Source of the DNA: Chiloscyllium plagiosum
Lineage: Eukaryota
Reading direction: 5' to 3'
NCBI RefSeq assembly: GCF_004010195.1
Contig: NC_057749.1
Coordinates: 14,663,429-14,727,428, forward strand
DNA length: 64,000 bases
The translations under genes were made by a program, and so were the position numbers. How positions within the stretch are numbered: position 1 is the first letter of the stretch; each line of letters opens with the position of its first letter. Shown one piece after another: positions 11,500 to 23,070 of the stretch. The notes below the pieces were generated by a model that saw only the letters and a program-made list of their open reading frames with translations, made no database searches and was not told the DNA's origin.

Positions 11500-11672
11500 C
11501 TGATCTTTCTGTCTCTCAGTCCTCCTTTAAGATTGGCCTCCTTGACCAGGCACCAGCTGCCCAGATGTTATACAACCTGCCGTGAAATTCGTTTATTTCA
11601 CTTATGCTCCAGTGAAGCACTTTGGGACATTTTGTTCTGATAAAAGACTCTGCCTAAATGGAAATTGTTGCT
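11500..11672 (+). mobile_element. L2 LINE 3' remnant
   Basis: CTCCTTTAAGA..TGCTCCAGTGAAGCACTTTGGGACATTTT..GTTGCTG. Confidence 0.6.
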
Positions 11673-12009
11673 GCACTGGATCCCGGTTCCTCTCCCCTTC
11701 CCTGGTGGAGAGGATGTTGGGGGGCTTGCAGATGGGAAACGTAGATCCTGGGGGGGGGGGACTTTGATATGTACCCCCTCACCATCTCCCCCCCCACCCC
11801 ATCCCATACTCTCTTGTCTTCTTCTGCTGTATCTTTGCGCAGGAGTCACATTTGGGACTTTAAATTGGAGTGGGATGCTCCAGTTAAAATGTTCACATAT
11901 GTAAGGATTTCCTTCATTTAGTGAATATTATGGGAAGAGCTTTCTCTTTCTCTTCAGAAGAATTGTTACAGTGCATTAATAGACCATTCAGCCCATCTTG
12001 TCTCACGTA

Positions 12010-12440
12010 GTGGCGTTCTCTCTGTCACCCTGCACCTTCTTCCTTTGTGAATAGCCATCTAGCTCCATCTTTAATGCCTCAGTTGAAGCAACCTCTCCCA
12101 TGCTGTCAGGCAGTAAATTCCAGACCCTAACCATTCACCATGGAAAACATTTTTACTCTGTTTTCTTTTCCTCGTTTTTAAATTTGTAATTATGCCAATC
12201 AATTTCAATGAGTTTCTCTCCATCTCCTGAGCATCTCGATTAAATCTCCTCCTAGCCTACTCTGAGGAAATCAATCCCAACTTTTCCAATTTTTCTTTGT
12301 CACTGAAGTTCTTCGTCCCTGGAATCATTCTTTACTGCTTCCCGTCTAATGCCATCAGACCCCTCCCCTGCTGTGCCCGGAAATCCAGCCGAAGGCCAAA
12401 CTGTGTGTTTATAAAATGGTTTTAAAAATCACCCAGGAAT
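12010..12440 (-). mobile_element. Old CR1 3' fragment
   Basis: TCAGGCAGTAAATTCCAGACCCTAACCATTC, CCCTGGAATCATTCT (antisense CR1 ORF2 end). Confidence 0.6.
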
Positions 12441-12654
12441 TCCCCTCCAATGTTTCATGACTTGTGGTTGCCAGGTGAAAATCACTGCGACACCCTGAGA
12501 TACTTCATGCTCCAATTTGAAGCTTACTAACAACCTCCTGACCTCTGACTTGTTTATGCAGCCGCGAGGCGCTGAAGGTGCTATACAAATGCAAGTTCCT
12601 CGTTTGCAGGACCGTGCATGAAGGTGTGGAAATGATACATCAATGCTAGAGAGC

Positions 12655-12690
12655 CGCTGCCACCTCGTGGAGGGAAGGGATAATTACAGC
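12655..12690 (-). promoter_or_regulatory. CTCF-like motif with a possible upstream (U) module
   Basis: Minus strand GCTGTAATTATCCCTTCCCTCCACGAGGTGGCAGCG. Confidence 0.6.
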
Positions 12691-13027
12691 TGGGTAACAT
12701 GACTCAGAACCTACAGCCTACCCTCGTCTAGTTCTGTTCATTCATTCATCCTTGCACTCAAACCGCCTCTTTCCAGAGATACTCCTGTAGCACAGAGTAC
12801 CTTGCCTCAACACAACTGTTTTTACTATTCCACAGATCTGTGAATTCTGCAATATCACCAATCTCTTTGTGTGAAGAAATTCCTCCGAAATTCTGCCTGT
12901 GACCATTCTATTCTGGCCACTTGTTCCACAGTAGAATTCATTTCTACTCATGTATCTAATTGAATCTGTCCATCAGATCTGCCTGTATCTCCTTTTCCCA
13001 GAGGGCAGAGCTCCAGCCTACAACATA

Positions 13028-13294
13028 AAATCCCTACAGTGTGGAAACAGGCCATTCGATCCATCGATTCCACGCCAACCCTTCAGCCAGATCCGCCCCC
13101 ACTCTAAACCCTTAACCCTGCATTTCCCATGACCAATCCACCTAACCTGGACTATGGGAGGAAACTGGAGCACCCAGAGGAGACCCACACAGACACGGGG
13201 AGAATGTGCAAACTCCACACAGACAGTCACTCAAGAGTGCTAATGAGCCCAGGTGCTGTGAGGCAGCTGTGCTAACCACTGAGCCACTGTGCCA
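13028..13294 (-). mobile_element. HE1 SINE
   Basis: Reverse V-domain GACACGGGGAGAATGTGCAAACTCCACAC and head. Confidence 0.9.
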
Positions 13295-13586
13295 ACCATC
13301 TTTCCTGATGGTGGCATCCCCATAATTCTAGTGCAACCTATAAATCTGTCTCCACTGTCGTGATGTTCTTTTTGCAACAGGAAACATACTTCAAAGCTGG
13401 TCTAGCCAAGGTTCAAGACAAATTTAACCATCTCACTGATTTTGAATTCTCTTCCTCTCACAATCTACTGCCAGACCCTTCCTTGTTGGTTCTGTGGCTG
13501 TATTAGCTTCTGTAGCTACTTTTGCTGATTTATAATTTTGTACTTACCATTTTCCCAGATGTATTTTAGAACAACTTTCCTTGTGC

Positions 13587-14130
13587 ATAGAGTCATAGAG
13601 ACGTACAGTACCAAAACAAACTCTTCGATCCAACTCATCCATGCTGACCAGATATCCTAAATAAATTTAGTCCCATTTGCCAAGATTTGGCCCATATTCC
13701 TAAACCCTTCCTATTCATAAACCCATCCAGATGCCTTTTAAGTGTTGTCATTGTACCAGCCTCCACCACTTCCTCTGGCAGCTCATTCCATATAAGCACC
13801 ACCCTCTGCGTGAAAAAGTTGCCCCTTAAGTCCCTTTAAAATTTTTCCCCTCTCACTTTAAACCTAAGCCGTCTAGTTTTGGATTTCCCCACCCTGGGGA
13901 AAAGACCTTGTCTATTCACCCTATCCGTGCCCCTGATGATTTTATAATTCTCCATAAGGTCACCCCTCTGCCTCCGACACTCCAGAGCAAGCAGCTCCAG
14001 CCTATTCAACCCCCTCTCCCTACAGCACAAATCTTCCAACTCTGGCAACATCGTTGTGAATCTTTTCTGAACCCTTTCAAGTTTCACAAGATCCGTCCGA
14101 TAGCAGGGAGACCAGAATTGAACACAATGG
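13587..14130 (-). mobile_element. HER1-type CR1 3' fragment
   Basis: KLERVQKRFTTMLPELEDL ORF; ATAGAGTCATAGAG tail. Confidence 0.92.
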
Positions 14131-14159
14131 TTCTGTGAGACAGCTCCAGTTCTTTCTTA

Positions 14160-14520
14160 CAGGTGACAAACTGCAAGGCCAAAGCAACCCCACTTGATTG
14201 GCACCACATGCACATTGACTCCCTTCACCACTGACCACAGTGTGTACCATCTACAAGATGCACTGCACTCGGACAGCATCTTCCAAACCCATGACCACTT
14301 CCATCTAGAAGGACGAGGGCAGCAGATCCATTGGGATACCATTAGCAGTGAGTTCCCCTCCATGCCACTCACCGTCCTGATTCGGAAAAATATCACCATT
14401 CCTTCACTGTCGCTGGGTCAAAATCCTGGAACTTGCTGCCTATCGGCGTTAACCCACAGCAGGTGGACTGGAGCGATTGAAGAAGGCAGCTCACCACCAC
14501 CTTCTCAAGGGGCAACTATT
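14160..14520 (+). mobile_element. 3' fragment of the tRNA-headed LINE family
   Basis: GTGTACCATCTACAAGATGCACTGC...CACCACCTTCTCAAGGGGCAACTA. Confidence 0.85.
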
Positions 14521-14521
14521 C

Positions 14522-14960
14522 AATTTGATTTGATTTATTTATTGTTGCATGTATCTTGTTGCAAAACGCAGTGAAATGTTGTATAGTCTCACCGCTCTCC
14601 AGCGCCATCTTAAAGCAGAGAAAAATAAACCAAAACATAAAGAATTAAATAAAAAGTGTTCCATTTTACAGCCCTTCTTGTTAAGTGCTCTGCTATAGGT
14701 CTGGTTGCCAGGCACGTGTCTCTGTTATCGTGCCACCACTGCAATGGATGTTGCCACACATCGGTGCCATCTCGCATCTACCAATGCCCTTGTCACAATG
14801 AGTCCTCGATGGACCTTGCCAATGCCGATGCCACTGGGTAATGAACTGGCCCAAACCTGACTCCGCTGCTGTTGCCATGAGACCGCTTCAGGCGATACTG
14901 ATCCTGCCGCATCTTGTACTGAGCCCAAACATCTCTCCGCCACCCTGAATCCACCCTGGA
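14522..14960 (-). mobile_element. Rex1/Babar-tailed non-autonomous element
   Basis: TTTGATTTGATTTATTTATTGTTGCATG tail, CGCCATCTT motif, GC-rich non-coding body; resembles 42781-43290. Confidence 0.55.
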
Positions 14961-15169
14961 CCCACTTGGAGGGACGGGCAGTAATGCTGGTCCAGCCAGC
15001 ATCACCCACAATTTTTAAAAAGCTTTTGGTTTGATAAGCAGAGGAAACTTTTTTAGTGAGATGCCGGGAAGGTGTGCTTTTCAAATTCTTTCAATTTGAC
15101 ATGTAATCAGGAGATGAGGGCAGTCTGAGACTCATCGCAATTCATCCATCTGGAAGGATCAGTGAGAGC

Positions 15170-15510
15170 ATTGCTCTCACCTCTGAGTTTGAGGCTTCGT
15201 ACGTTCAAGCCCTACTTCAGAGGCCAGATCACAAAGGTATGGGTTAATCCACCACCCAGTGAGGTTCTGATCAGGGGGCTGCAAGGTGGGAGTTAGAGGT
15301 GAGAGGTGACACCAATGCCTCAGCCTCTTATAAAGAAGCAGCAGATTCCATGGCCACTATTTTAATGAAGGACCAGGAAGTCCCGCCCATATCCAGAGTT
15401 ACAATTATCCCCAAACATCCCTGAAACAGAATACCTGGTCATTATCACATTGTTATTAATGGGAGCTTGCTGTAAGCCAATTGGTTGCTGTGTTTCCTAC
15501 ATTATGATTG
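15170..15510 (+). mobile_element. DeuSINE-like element
   Basis: CCATGGCCACTATTT, CTGGTCATTATCACATTG, GGGAGCTTGCTG, GTGTTTCCTACATT. Confidence 0.7.
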
Positions 15511-15534
15511 GGTCTTCACTAAACTTTTTTTTCA

Positions 15535-16103
15535 CCTTTATTCAGTCACAGGATGAGGGATTCACTGAGCAGGCAGCATTTATTCCCCATCTCTAATTGA
15601 CCAGAGGGCAGTTGAGTAAACCACATCGCTGTGGGTCTGGAGTCACATGTAGGCCAGACCAGGTCGTGAAGGACATTAGTGAACCAGATGGATTTTCCCA
15701 ACAATCAACAACGGATTTATGGTCATCATTAGACTCCTAATTCCAGATTTTTTATTGAATTCAAATTCCACCATATGCTGTGGGGGATTCGAACCCAGGT
15801 CCCCAGAACATTACCTGGATCTCTGGGTTGACAGAGCTGAAAATGTGTTGCTGGAAAAGCGCAGCAGGTCAGGCAGCATCCAAGGAACAGGAGAATCGAT
15901 GTTTCGGGCATAAGCCCTTCTTCAGGATTCCTGAAGAAGGGCTTATGCCTGAAACATCGATTCTCCTGTTCCTTGGATGCTGCCTGACCTGCTGTGCTTT
16001 TCCAGCAACACATTTTCAGCTCTGGTCTCCAGCATCAGCAGCCCTCACTTCCTCCTCTCTGGGTTGACAGTCCAATGATAATAGCACTAAGCCACCGCCT
16101 CCC
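15535..16103 (-). mobile_element. SINE derivative of the tRNA-headed LINE, interrupted by a Penelope palindrome
   Basis: Minus strand starts GGGAGGCGGTGGCTTAGTGC (A box) and has GGTTCGAATCC (B box); head-tail junction near 15600. Confidence 0.85.
15835..16055. mobile_element. Penelope-derived family-1 fold-back element with a 15-bp TSD
   Basis: ~93-bp inverted arms centred near 15928, 34-nt tail at 16022-16055; TSD TCTCTGGGTTGACAG at 15820-15834 and 16056-16070. Confidence 0.9.
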
Positions 16104-16313
16104 CAAGTTGTAAAAGGTGCTGGCTTTTCATTTATCTTCGAACCTCAGTCCACACATATAGACCTTCCTAATGGAAGGTACCAGAGAACTGACAGAATGC
16201 AGGAATCTCAGACTGATTACCTTTCATTGGAGAGAGAGAGAGATACTTTAAAATACAACTCGCCTGTTGATTTACCGACACAGCTGTACAGTTGTACCCT
16301 CTGTGTGTTACTG

Positions 16314-16332
16314 TGGCCACTTGGTGGCAGCA
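16314..16332 (+). promoter_or_regulatory. CTCF-like motif
   Basis: TGGCCACTTGGTGGCAGCA. Confidence 0.55.
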
Positions 16333-16449
16333 TTTAGCTACAGTGCCTCTGTCTCCCCTCCAGCTGTGAATAGGAGGAGGCCATTCAGCCTCTTGAGTCT
16401 GTTTCACACTCTCACATCCCAATGCACCTGGCTAAACCTCATGTACCTG

Positions 16450-16558
16450 CCTTGGCCGCTAATCCTCACTGAATAAATCCAGCAATCTCAATCTGCGGGT
16501 GCTAAAGCAGACAGGATTGAGATTGCTGGATTTACTCAGTGAGGATTAGTGGCCAAGG
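16450..16558. repeat. 44-bp inverted repeat with a 21-nt spacer
   Basis: 16450-16493 versus 16515-16558, 42/44 complementary. Confidence 0.95.
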
Positions 16559-16833
16559 GAATGTTCGAGGGATTGGTTGCCTGGTTACATGGTTGCATGC
16601 GGCCATTCCAGAAAGGCACTGATGGCTGCTGTAAAGCTACGGCCAGACATGGCTGCTTACCGGAGCAGTGAGCATCCTGTGTGAATTTGAATGCTCTGTA
16701 CTGTATAGAACCGGTCTCCCCAGTAATTCACCTATCAACACAGGATTGCAATTTAACTTGCAATCAGAGTATCATTCAAACAGGAACAGCTACAGAATTC
16801 CAAGATGCAGAGGGAGTTAGATGTCCTTTGGGT

Positions 16834-17290
16834 TTTTTATTTGATTTATTATTGTCACATGTCCCTAGGTACAGTGAAAAGCTTTGTTTTGCGTGCAGTA
16901 CAGACCGATGATAACATGCAGCGATCATAGGGTGATAGTACAGAACGAGGAATACCAAGTTGCTCCTACTAAGGAGATGCACAAAAAGAAAGACTTGAAA
17001 TTTGAGAGGTCCATTCAGAAGTCTGATAACAGCAGGAAAGAAACAGTTCTTGAACCTGTTTAAGCTTTTGTATCTTCTGCCTGACGGAAAGAGGTTGGAA
17101 GAGATTATAATCGGGGTGGGAGGAGTCTTTAATGATGTTGGCTGCCTTTCTGAGGAGATAGATGGAGTCAGCCAATGGGAGGCTGGTTTGTGTGATGGTC
17201 TGGGCTGTGTTCACAACTTTCTGTAGTTTCTCATAGTCCTGGGCAGAGCAGTTGCCGTACCAATCAGTGATGCATCCAGATAGAATGTTA
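16834..17290 (-). mobile_element. Rex1/Babar LINE 3' fragment
   Basis: ILSGCITDWYGNCSAQDYEKLQKVVNTAQTIT; tail TTTGATTTATTATTGTCACATG. Confidence 0.88.
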
Positions 17291-17294
17291 GAGC

Positions 17295-17575
17295 ATGAGT
17301 TGTAAAACATTAGCATGCAGGTACAGCAAATAATTAGGAAGGTAAATGGAATGTTATCCTTTATTAGTAGATTAATTTAATTTACGAGGGGATGAATTGA
17401 ACATGAAAATACATGTTATGCTTCAATTGTACAGGACATTGGTGAGGCCACATCTCGAATACTATGCACAATTTTGGACTCCTTATTTAAGTAAGGGTGT
17501 AAATATATTGGTGGTAGTTCACAGGAGAGTTATTGGATTGTTGATTTGAATGAGTGGGTTGTTGTCTAAGGAAAC
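17295..17575 (+). mobile_element. Old CR1 ORF2 fragment
   Basis: GCAGGTACAGCAAATAATTAGGAAGG..TTGGTGAGGCCACATCTCGAATAC (LVRPHLEY). Confidence 0.8.
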
Positions 17576-17579
17576 ATAG

Positions 17580-17970
17580 TGTTATGGACCAGGCCAGACC
17601 CCCCCAAAATATTTTAAGAAGGTAGCCTAGACCCTAACTTTTTATTGTTTTAAAGGCAGATGGAAAGTGATGTTCCTGGTGTGATGTAGCTGGTCCAACC
17701 ACTCAGCTTTAAGCAAAACAATTTATTTAAACGCTACAGTTGAAACATGAACAAAAAAGAAAGCAGAATTTAGAATAAATTAATTATTGGGAAACGTAAC
17801 CGGCCAGATACGTTACTAATTAACTGTTCCAATACAATAATATCCCATAAACATACCCCTTGGTAAAAAGATCAATTCAAATACAGCTTCTGACAGACAG
17901 GAGGGAGCAACGTTCAGAGAAAGATTTCAGAGTAAGTCAGAAGAATCCTTTACTGGTTTGCAATTCCCCT
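17580..17970. mobile_element. Truncated LTR-like element, same family as 30748-31856
   Basis: Starts TGTTATG; shares GTAGCCTAGACCCTAACTTTT and AACTGTTCCA with the 30748 copy. Confidence 0.6.
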
Positions 17971-17974
17971 GGAC

Positions 17975-18320
17975 ACCAGTGAACCTGATGGGCATTTCCC
18001 CCAACAAGCGACAACAGATTTATGATCATCATACGACTATTCATTCCAGATTTGATTGAATTCCAGGTGAGGCAGGATTTAAACCCTGGTCCATGAGAAC
18101 ATTCCCCAGCTCTCTAGGGTTAATGTTAATGTCACAAGGTCATCACCTCCCCTTGGAGATGGTTAATAATTGAAACGATGAAAAATGAAATGTATAACAG
18201 ACACACAGCGATGTGGTTGACTCCTAACTGCTCTCTGAAATGGCCTGACAAGGGCCACTGAGGGGTAATTAGGGATGGACAATAAATGCTGGCTTTGCCA
18301 GTGGAGACCACATGAGAGAA
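17975..18320. mobile_element. Two opposed fragments of the tRNA-headed SINE family
   Basis: Minus-strand head part at 17975-18150; plus-strand tail part CACAGCGATGTGGTTGACTC..AATTAGGGATGGACAATAAATGCTGG at 18200-18320. Confidence 0.7.
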
Positions 18321-18720
18321 TTTAATCAAACAGATATTTTCTAATCAAAATATGTTATTATAATCCCCTATGCAGTACTCAATCCAATACACTTGCCGGT
18401 CCATCAACCCAGAGACACTTTGATACACACAGCGCTCCAGTTAAAACAGAATCCTGGGTTCTCATGGATTGGTGCCACTTCACTGGAGTTATAAATCCCC
18501 TGCTGACTTCACCCAGGGAGCTCTCCCCCCAGAGCCTGACTCACTCCTGGCAGAGCTGCCTGGCAGTTCCCAGGCACCACATCTGCCCACACACAACCCC
18601 TTCCTGCATAGATGGTTCATATTAAATTGTGAAGGAGAGGGGTGCACTTGGAAAAGTCGACTTCTCCCCCTCCTGATGCTGCTTGGCTTGCTGTGTTCGT
18701 CCAGCTTCCTGCCTGTCTAT

Positions 18721-19042
18721 CAGTGGTTAGCACTGCTGCCTCACAGCGCCAGGGACCTGGGTTCCATTCCAGCCTCAGGTGACTGTCTGTGTGGAGTTTC
18801 TCCCCATGTCTGTGTGGGTTTCCTCTGGGTGCTCTGGTTTCCTCTCACAGTCTAAAACTGTGCAGCTGAGAGTGGATTGGCCCATAGTGTTAACTTGCCC
18901 CATAGTGTGCAGGGATGTACAGGCTGAGTGGGTTAACCATGGGAAACATAGGGTTAACAGGGATTGGGTGGGATGCTCTTCGGAGGGTCGGTCTGGACTC
19001 GATGGGCCAAATGGCCTCAGTTACCCTGTAGGGATTCTATGA
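18721..19042 (+). mobile_element. HE1 SINE
   Basis: CAGTGGTTAGCACTGCTGCCTCACAGCGCC..GTAGGGATTCTATGA. Confidence 0.9.
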
Positions 19043-19419
19043 GGAGGCTGAAATCGCAAGTAGGGAAGTAATCCTGAAGGTGTGGGTATGGGGGAATTGT
19101 CAGAAAAATGATCTGAGATACAAACAAGGGAAGTAGCAGCTGCTGAGACATGAGAGCACACTGTAATTAAAATGGATTACGTCCCACGGACCCCATTCCC
19201 AGCCGCTTCTTGCTTCAATAGCTGTGCCTGGCTGTATCGCGCCTCAGCTCCTGCAGCCTTCACCTATTGGTCTGCCTGCAGAGCTCGTTATCTGCACAAC
19301 GTTTTTCCAGGGTATAATTGTCTGCCCTCGGCACCACCAGGCAGGGGTTTTCTCTTTCAAAATTCAGTCTCAGGATGTGAGCTTTGCTGCTAAAGCCAGT
19401 GTTGTTTCCACCCTAAAAT

Positions 19420-19704
19420 GGGGTGGCACAGTGGCTCAGTGGTTAGCACTGTTGCCTCGCACCAGGGTCCCAGGTTCGATTCCAGCCTCGGGTGACTGCC
19501 TGTGTGGAGTTTGCACATTCTCCCTGGGTCTCCTCCCAAATCACAAAGATGTGCAGGTCAGGTGAATTGGCCATGCTAAATTGCCCGTAGTGTTAGATGC
19601 ATTAGTCAGAGGGAAATGGGTCTGGATGGGTTACTCTTCAGAGGGTTAGTGTGGACTTGTTGGGCTGAACGGCCTGTTTCCACACTGCAGGCAACCTAAT
19701 CTAA
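19420..19704 (+). mobile_element. HE1 SINE
   Basis: GGGGTGGCACAGTGGCTCAGTGG head, CTAATCTAA tail. Confidence 0.9.
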
Positions 19705-20529
19705 GTTGCTCTTGAAAAAACAATGGTGAGCAGGAAGAGTCATTAAACCACTGTACTGTCCAGCCTAGTATCTGCTCATAATGGAATCAAGGTGACATTT
19801 AAACCAGGGTCAATGCTGCTTTAAAAATTAAAACTATAAAAGAAATGCAGCTCTTGTACTGGGATTTTTCTTAGCTCCTGGATGAATTTAATATCCCAGT
19901 GTGGTCAAAATCCTGTGAGGAAGGATTTCGACCCAGCGACAATGATGGCGTGGTGATGTATTTCCAAGCCAGGATGATGTGTGTGGCTGAGAGGGGAATC
20001 TGCACTCTTGAAGAGGCCCCCTCCCATCGCTCAGTTTGCATCGAGGGGCAATTTCCAAACCTTGAAGTGGGGTCACAATTGGAAAGAGTTTGGGAAGCCC
20101 CTGTTCCAGGGGCTGGAGGTGGTGGGATTGGAAGGTGGTGAGTTGGTGAAGGTTGGAGATGGTACAGCTGTGTGGGTGATGGGAGACCGTGCAGTGTCCC
20201 CCACATTACGTTGGGGGGGAGAATGTGCCAATTACTCCTGTCTGCCGAGCTTGGCTGAAGGCTCAGCTCAGCTGTGATGCCTACCCAAGTTGAGCAGTGC
20301 TTCACAGTTGAGAGGCTTAAAAATGAACAACCATCAATACAATACAGGAAGTCACTTCCTTCAGGGAAACGATGATCTCTGTAATGCCTCACCTACAACA
20401 TTCCCATCATTTAATCACATCTCACCACATCACCCACAGTCTGTTAAACAATCTTTCAGGGGAAGGCGACATGTTTTTATGAGGAATATAAACTCGGAAA
20501 GTAAAACTCTGGACACTGCTGCGTTGCAG

Positions 20530-20770
20530 ACATAGGGGTGTATGAATTGGAGGAAGTGAAAGCGATAGGGAAGGGTGTGGGGATTGGAGGAGGTGACAGA
20601 GATAGGGAGGGATGTAAGAATTGGAGGAGATTGTAGAGACAGGGAGGGATGTAGGAGCTGGAGGAGCTTGCAGAGATAGGGTTGTATGGATTGGAGGAAT
20701 CGACAGAGATAGGGTAGGGTGTGGAGCTAGAGGAGGTTACAGAGATCGGGAGGATTTGTAGGGGCTGAAG
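20530..20770. repeat. Degenerate ~38-39-bp purine-rich tandem repeat
   Basis: Recurrent GGAGGAGGTTACAGAGATAGGGAGGG-like units (~6). Confidence 0.75.
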
Positions 20771-21925
20771 GGTGATGTTTGGGCAGTGAACGTGGCCCCA
20801 AGTGCAGTAACTGCGAGATGTTGGATGGCAACAGGAAGAGGCCGTTCGGCCCTTTGAGCCTGTTCAATGACAAAATGGCTCCTCAGCTCGGATCACCAGT
20901 CTTTATCTCGTGTACCTCATGTACCCCAATCCAAAAGTAAATGTTTCCATCTCCAACACTGCGCAGTGGCCACAGGACTCTCTGCGGGGTGAGGGCTGCA
21001 GATTCTGAGCAGCAGTGGGAAACTGAAGCTCCTTTGTTCAGTTCCTACTTCACTGGGCTAGCTCTCCTTCTGGTGTTTCCTTAATCAACCTGTTCCAGAG
21101 CAGGTTGGACTTGAACCTTAGTCTCTTGCTTTCGAGGCAGGGACACTGCCACTGCTCCACAAATGCCTTCCAGCTTGCCTTAAGATTCCTTCTCCTCCTC
21201 CCCAAACACAGGAGACAGTTCTTTTGTGAAAATCCAATTGAATCCTTTTAATATTTTAAACAGCTCAAGTAAATCGCCCCTCAATCTGCCAATCCTGTGG
21301 GAATACAAGATGAAGCTCTGCAGGCTGTTCTCTTGGTTTAACCCTTTGTGTCCCAGGTTTGTTCTGGTGAATGAATTAATACCTTATCTGTGTTTACTTG
21401 AGAAACCTGCCCATTGGGAATGTGTTATTCTTATGAAGAGTTCTTGTTCTGCTAATGTATGCACGAGAACAATGAATGTTTTCATGTCGGAATGTCTGTT
21501 GTTGGAATATAAGTTGCAACTGGTGTTAATCTGCTAGCTTATTTTTTTTTGCCCACGTATCCTGAAACACCCAGTTTCCTACAGCTCTACCCCGTGTCCC
21601 AGTAAGTGTGCCCCTATTATCACCCAGTCCCTGCCATGTCACAATTTGGGGTGGCAGTTCATTCTGCAAATGCTGAGTCTCTCGCCGTGAGCATTTGACT
21701 GTGTAAAACACAGACTCTTTGTGGCTATTGTCCTGCTATCCATATTAACCATGTGCTGGGTAATCGGCCCCTTAGGAGATCTCCAGGTTTAAATATTCCA
21801 CCACTGGTGCTCCGTGCCTAGCTCCTAAACTCTGGAATTCCCTCCTTGAACCCCTCCACCTTTTCAAAGGTGCTGCTTAAGAATGAGTCATTCAGGTATG
21901 GAGAGGGACTTTCCGTGATTCTGGA

Positions 21926-22288
21926 ATCATAGAGTCATAGAGATGTACAACACGGAAACAGACCCTTCGGTCCAACGCGTCCATGCCGACCAGATATCCT
22001 AAACTGATCGAGTCCCATTTGCCAGCACTTTGCCCATATCTGTCTAAACCCTTCCTATTCATATCCCCATTGAGAAGCCTTTTAAATGTTGTAATTGTAC
22101 CATGCTCCACCACTTCCTCTGGCAGCTCATTCCACACTCACACCACCCTCTGCGTGAAAAAGCTGCACCTCAGGTCCCTTTTATATCTTTCCTCTCTCAC
22201 CTTAAACCTATATCCTCTAGTTTTGGACTCCCCCACCTTGGGGAATGGACCTTGGCTATTCACCCTATCCATGCCCCTCATGATTTTG
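21926..22288 (-). mobile_element. HER1-type CR1 3' fragment
   Basis: TCATAGAGTCATAGAGATGTAC tail; WNELPEEVVE. Confidence 0.92.
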
Positions 22289-22429
22289 ATGTTTGTTTAT
22301 TTTTGTTTGACCTAACTCTGATGTCCCGAGATACTGGAAATTGACACAGATTCTGCTCCAGTGGCAATCTCTCTCTGAGCTCTTCATTTCATCCAGGTGT
22401 GTCCATCCCCATAACCTTCTCAAAATGTT

Positions 22430-22720
22430 CTCTCCAAAAGCCTCCCCATGAACCTTCCTCATAATGCTCCCTAATAGCCTCCCTCATGACCCTCCCTCCC
22501 TCATAACCCTCTCTAATAGTCTCCCTCATGACCCTCCCTCCCTCAAAACCCTCTCTAATAGCCTCCCTCATGACCCTCCCTCCCTCATAATCCTCTCCAA
22601 TAATCACCCTCATAACCCTCTCTAATAGCCTCCCTCATGACCTTCCCTCATAACCCTCACTGATCACCTCTCCTTGTACCATTGCTACTCATAACCCTCC
22701 ATGATAACCCTCTCTCCCAC
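22430..22720. repeat. 42-bp C/T-rich minisatellite (3 good plus degenerate units)
   Basis: CCCTCATGACCCTCCCTCCCTCATAACCCTCTCTAATAG at 22481, 22523 and 22565. Confidence 0.85.
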
Positions 22721-22809
22721 CCTCCCCCATTGCCCTCAATGCATATGCCCCCATGAAGGGAGCAGATAAATCCTCCCATGTTGGTGTACCACCTCCATTG
22801 ACGATTCAA

Positions 22810-23070
22810 ACAACAACAATTTGCATTTGTAAAGTGCCTTTAACTTAGTAATGCTTCCCAAGGCTGTCCAGGTGAGCATTACCAAACAGGATTTTACAAC
22901 GAGGCACGAGTAGAGATATCAGGCCACCTTTGGACAAAAAGGTGGGTTTTTAAGGAGCGTCTGTGAGGAGGCAGAAAGGTTTGGGATGGCATTCCGGCGC
23001 TTGATGCCCAGGCATGGCCACCAATGGCAGAAGAGTAAAAATTCAGAATAAGCAAGGGGCCAGAAGACTT
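22810..23070 (-). mobile_element. L2 LINE 3' remnant
   Basis: CAACAACAATTTGCATTT..AAGGTGGGTTTTTAAGGAGCGTC. Confidence 0.65.

Noticed and set aside
15729..16067. Recurrent ORF 'MCCWKSAAGQAASKEQENR...' (also at 52113 and 55683)
   Set aside because: Translation of a non-coding palindromic repeat, which reads similarly on both strands.
22389..22613. ORF with 14-aa repeats (EGGRVMREAIREG)
   Set aside because: Translation of a 42-bp minisatellite with no gene context.
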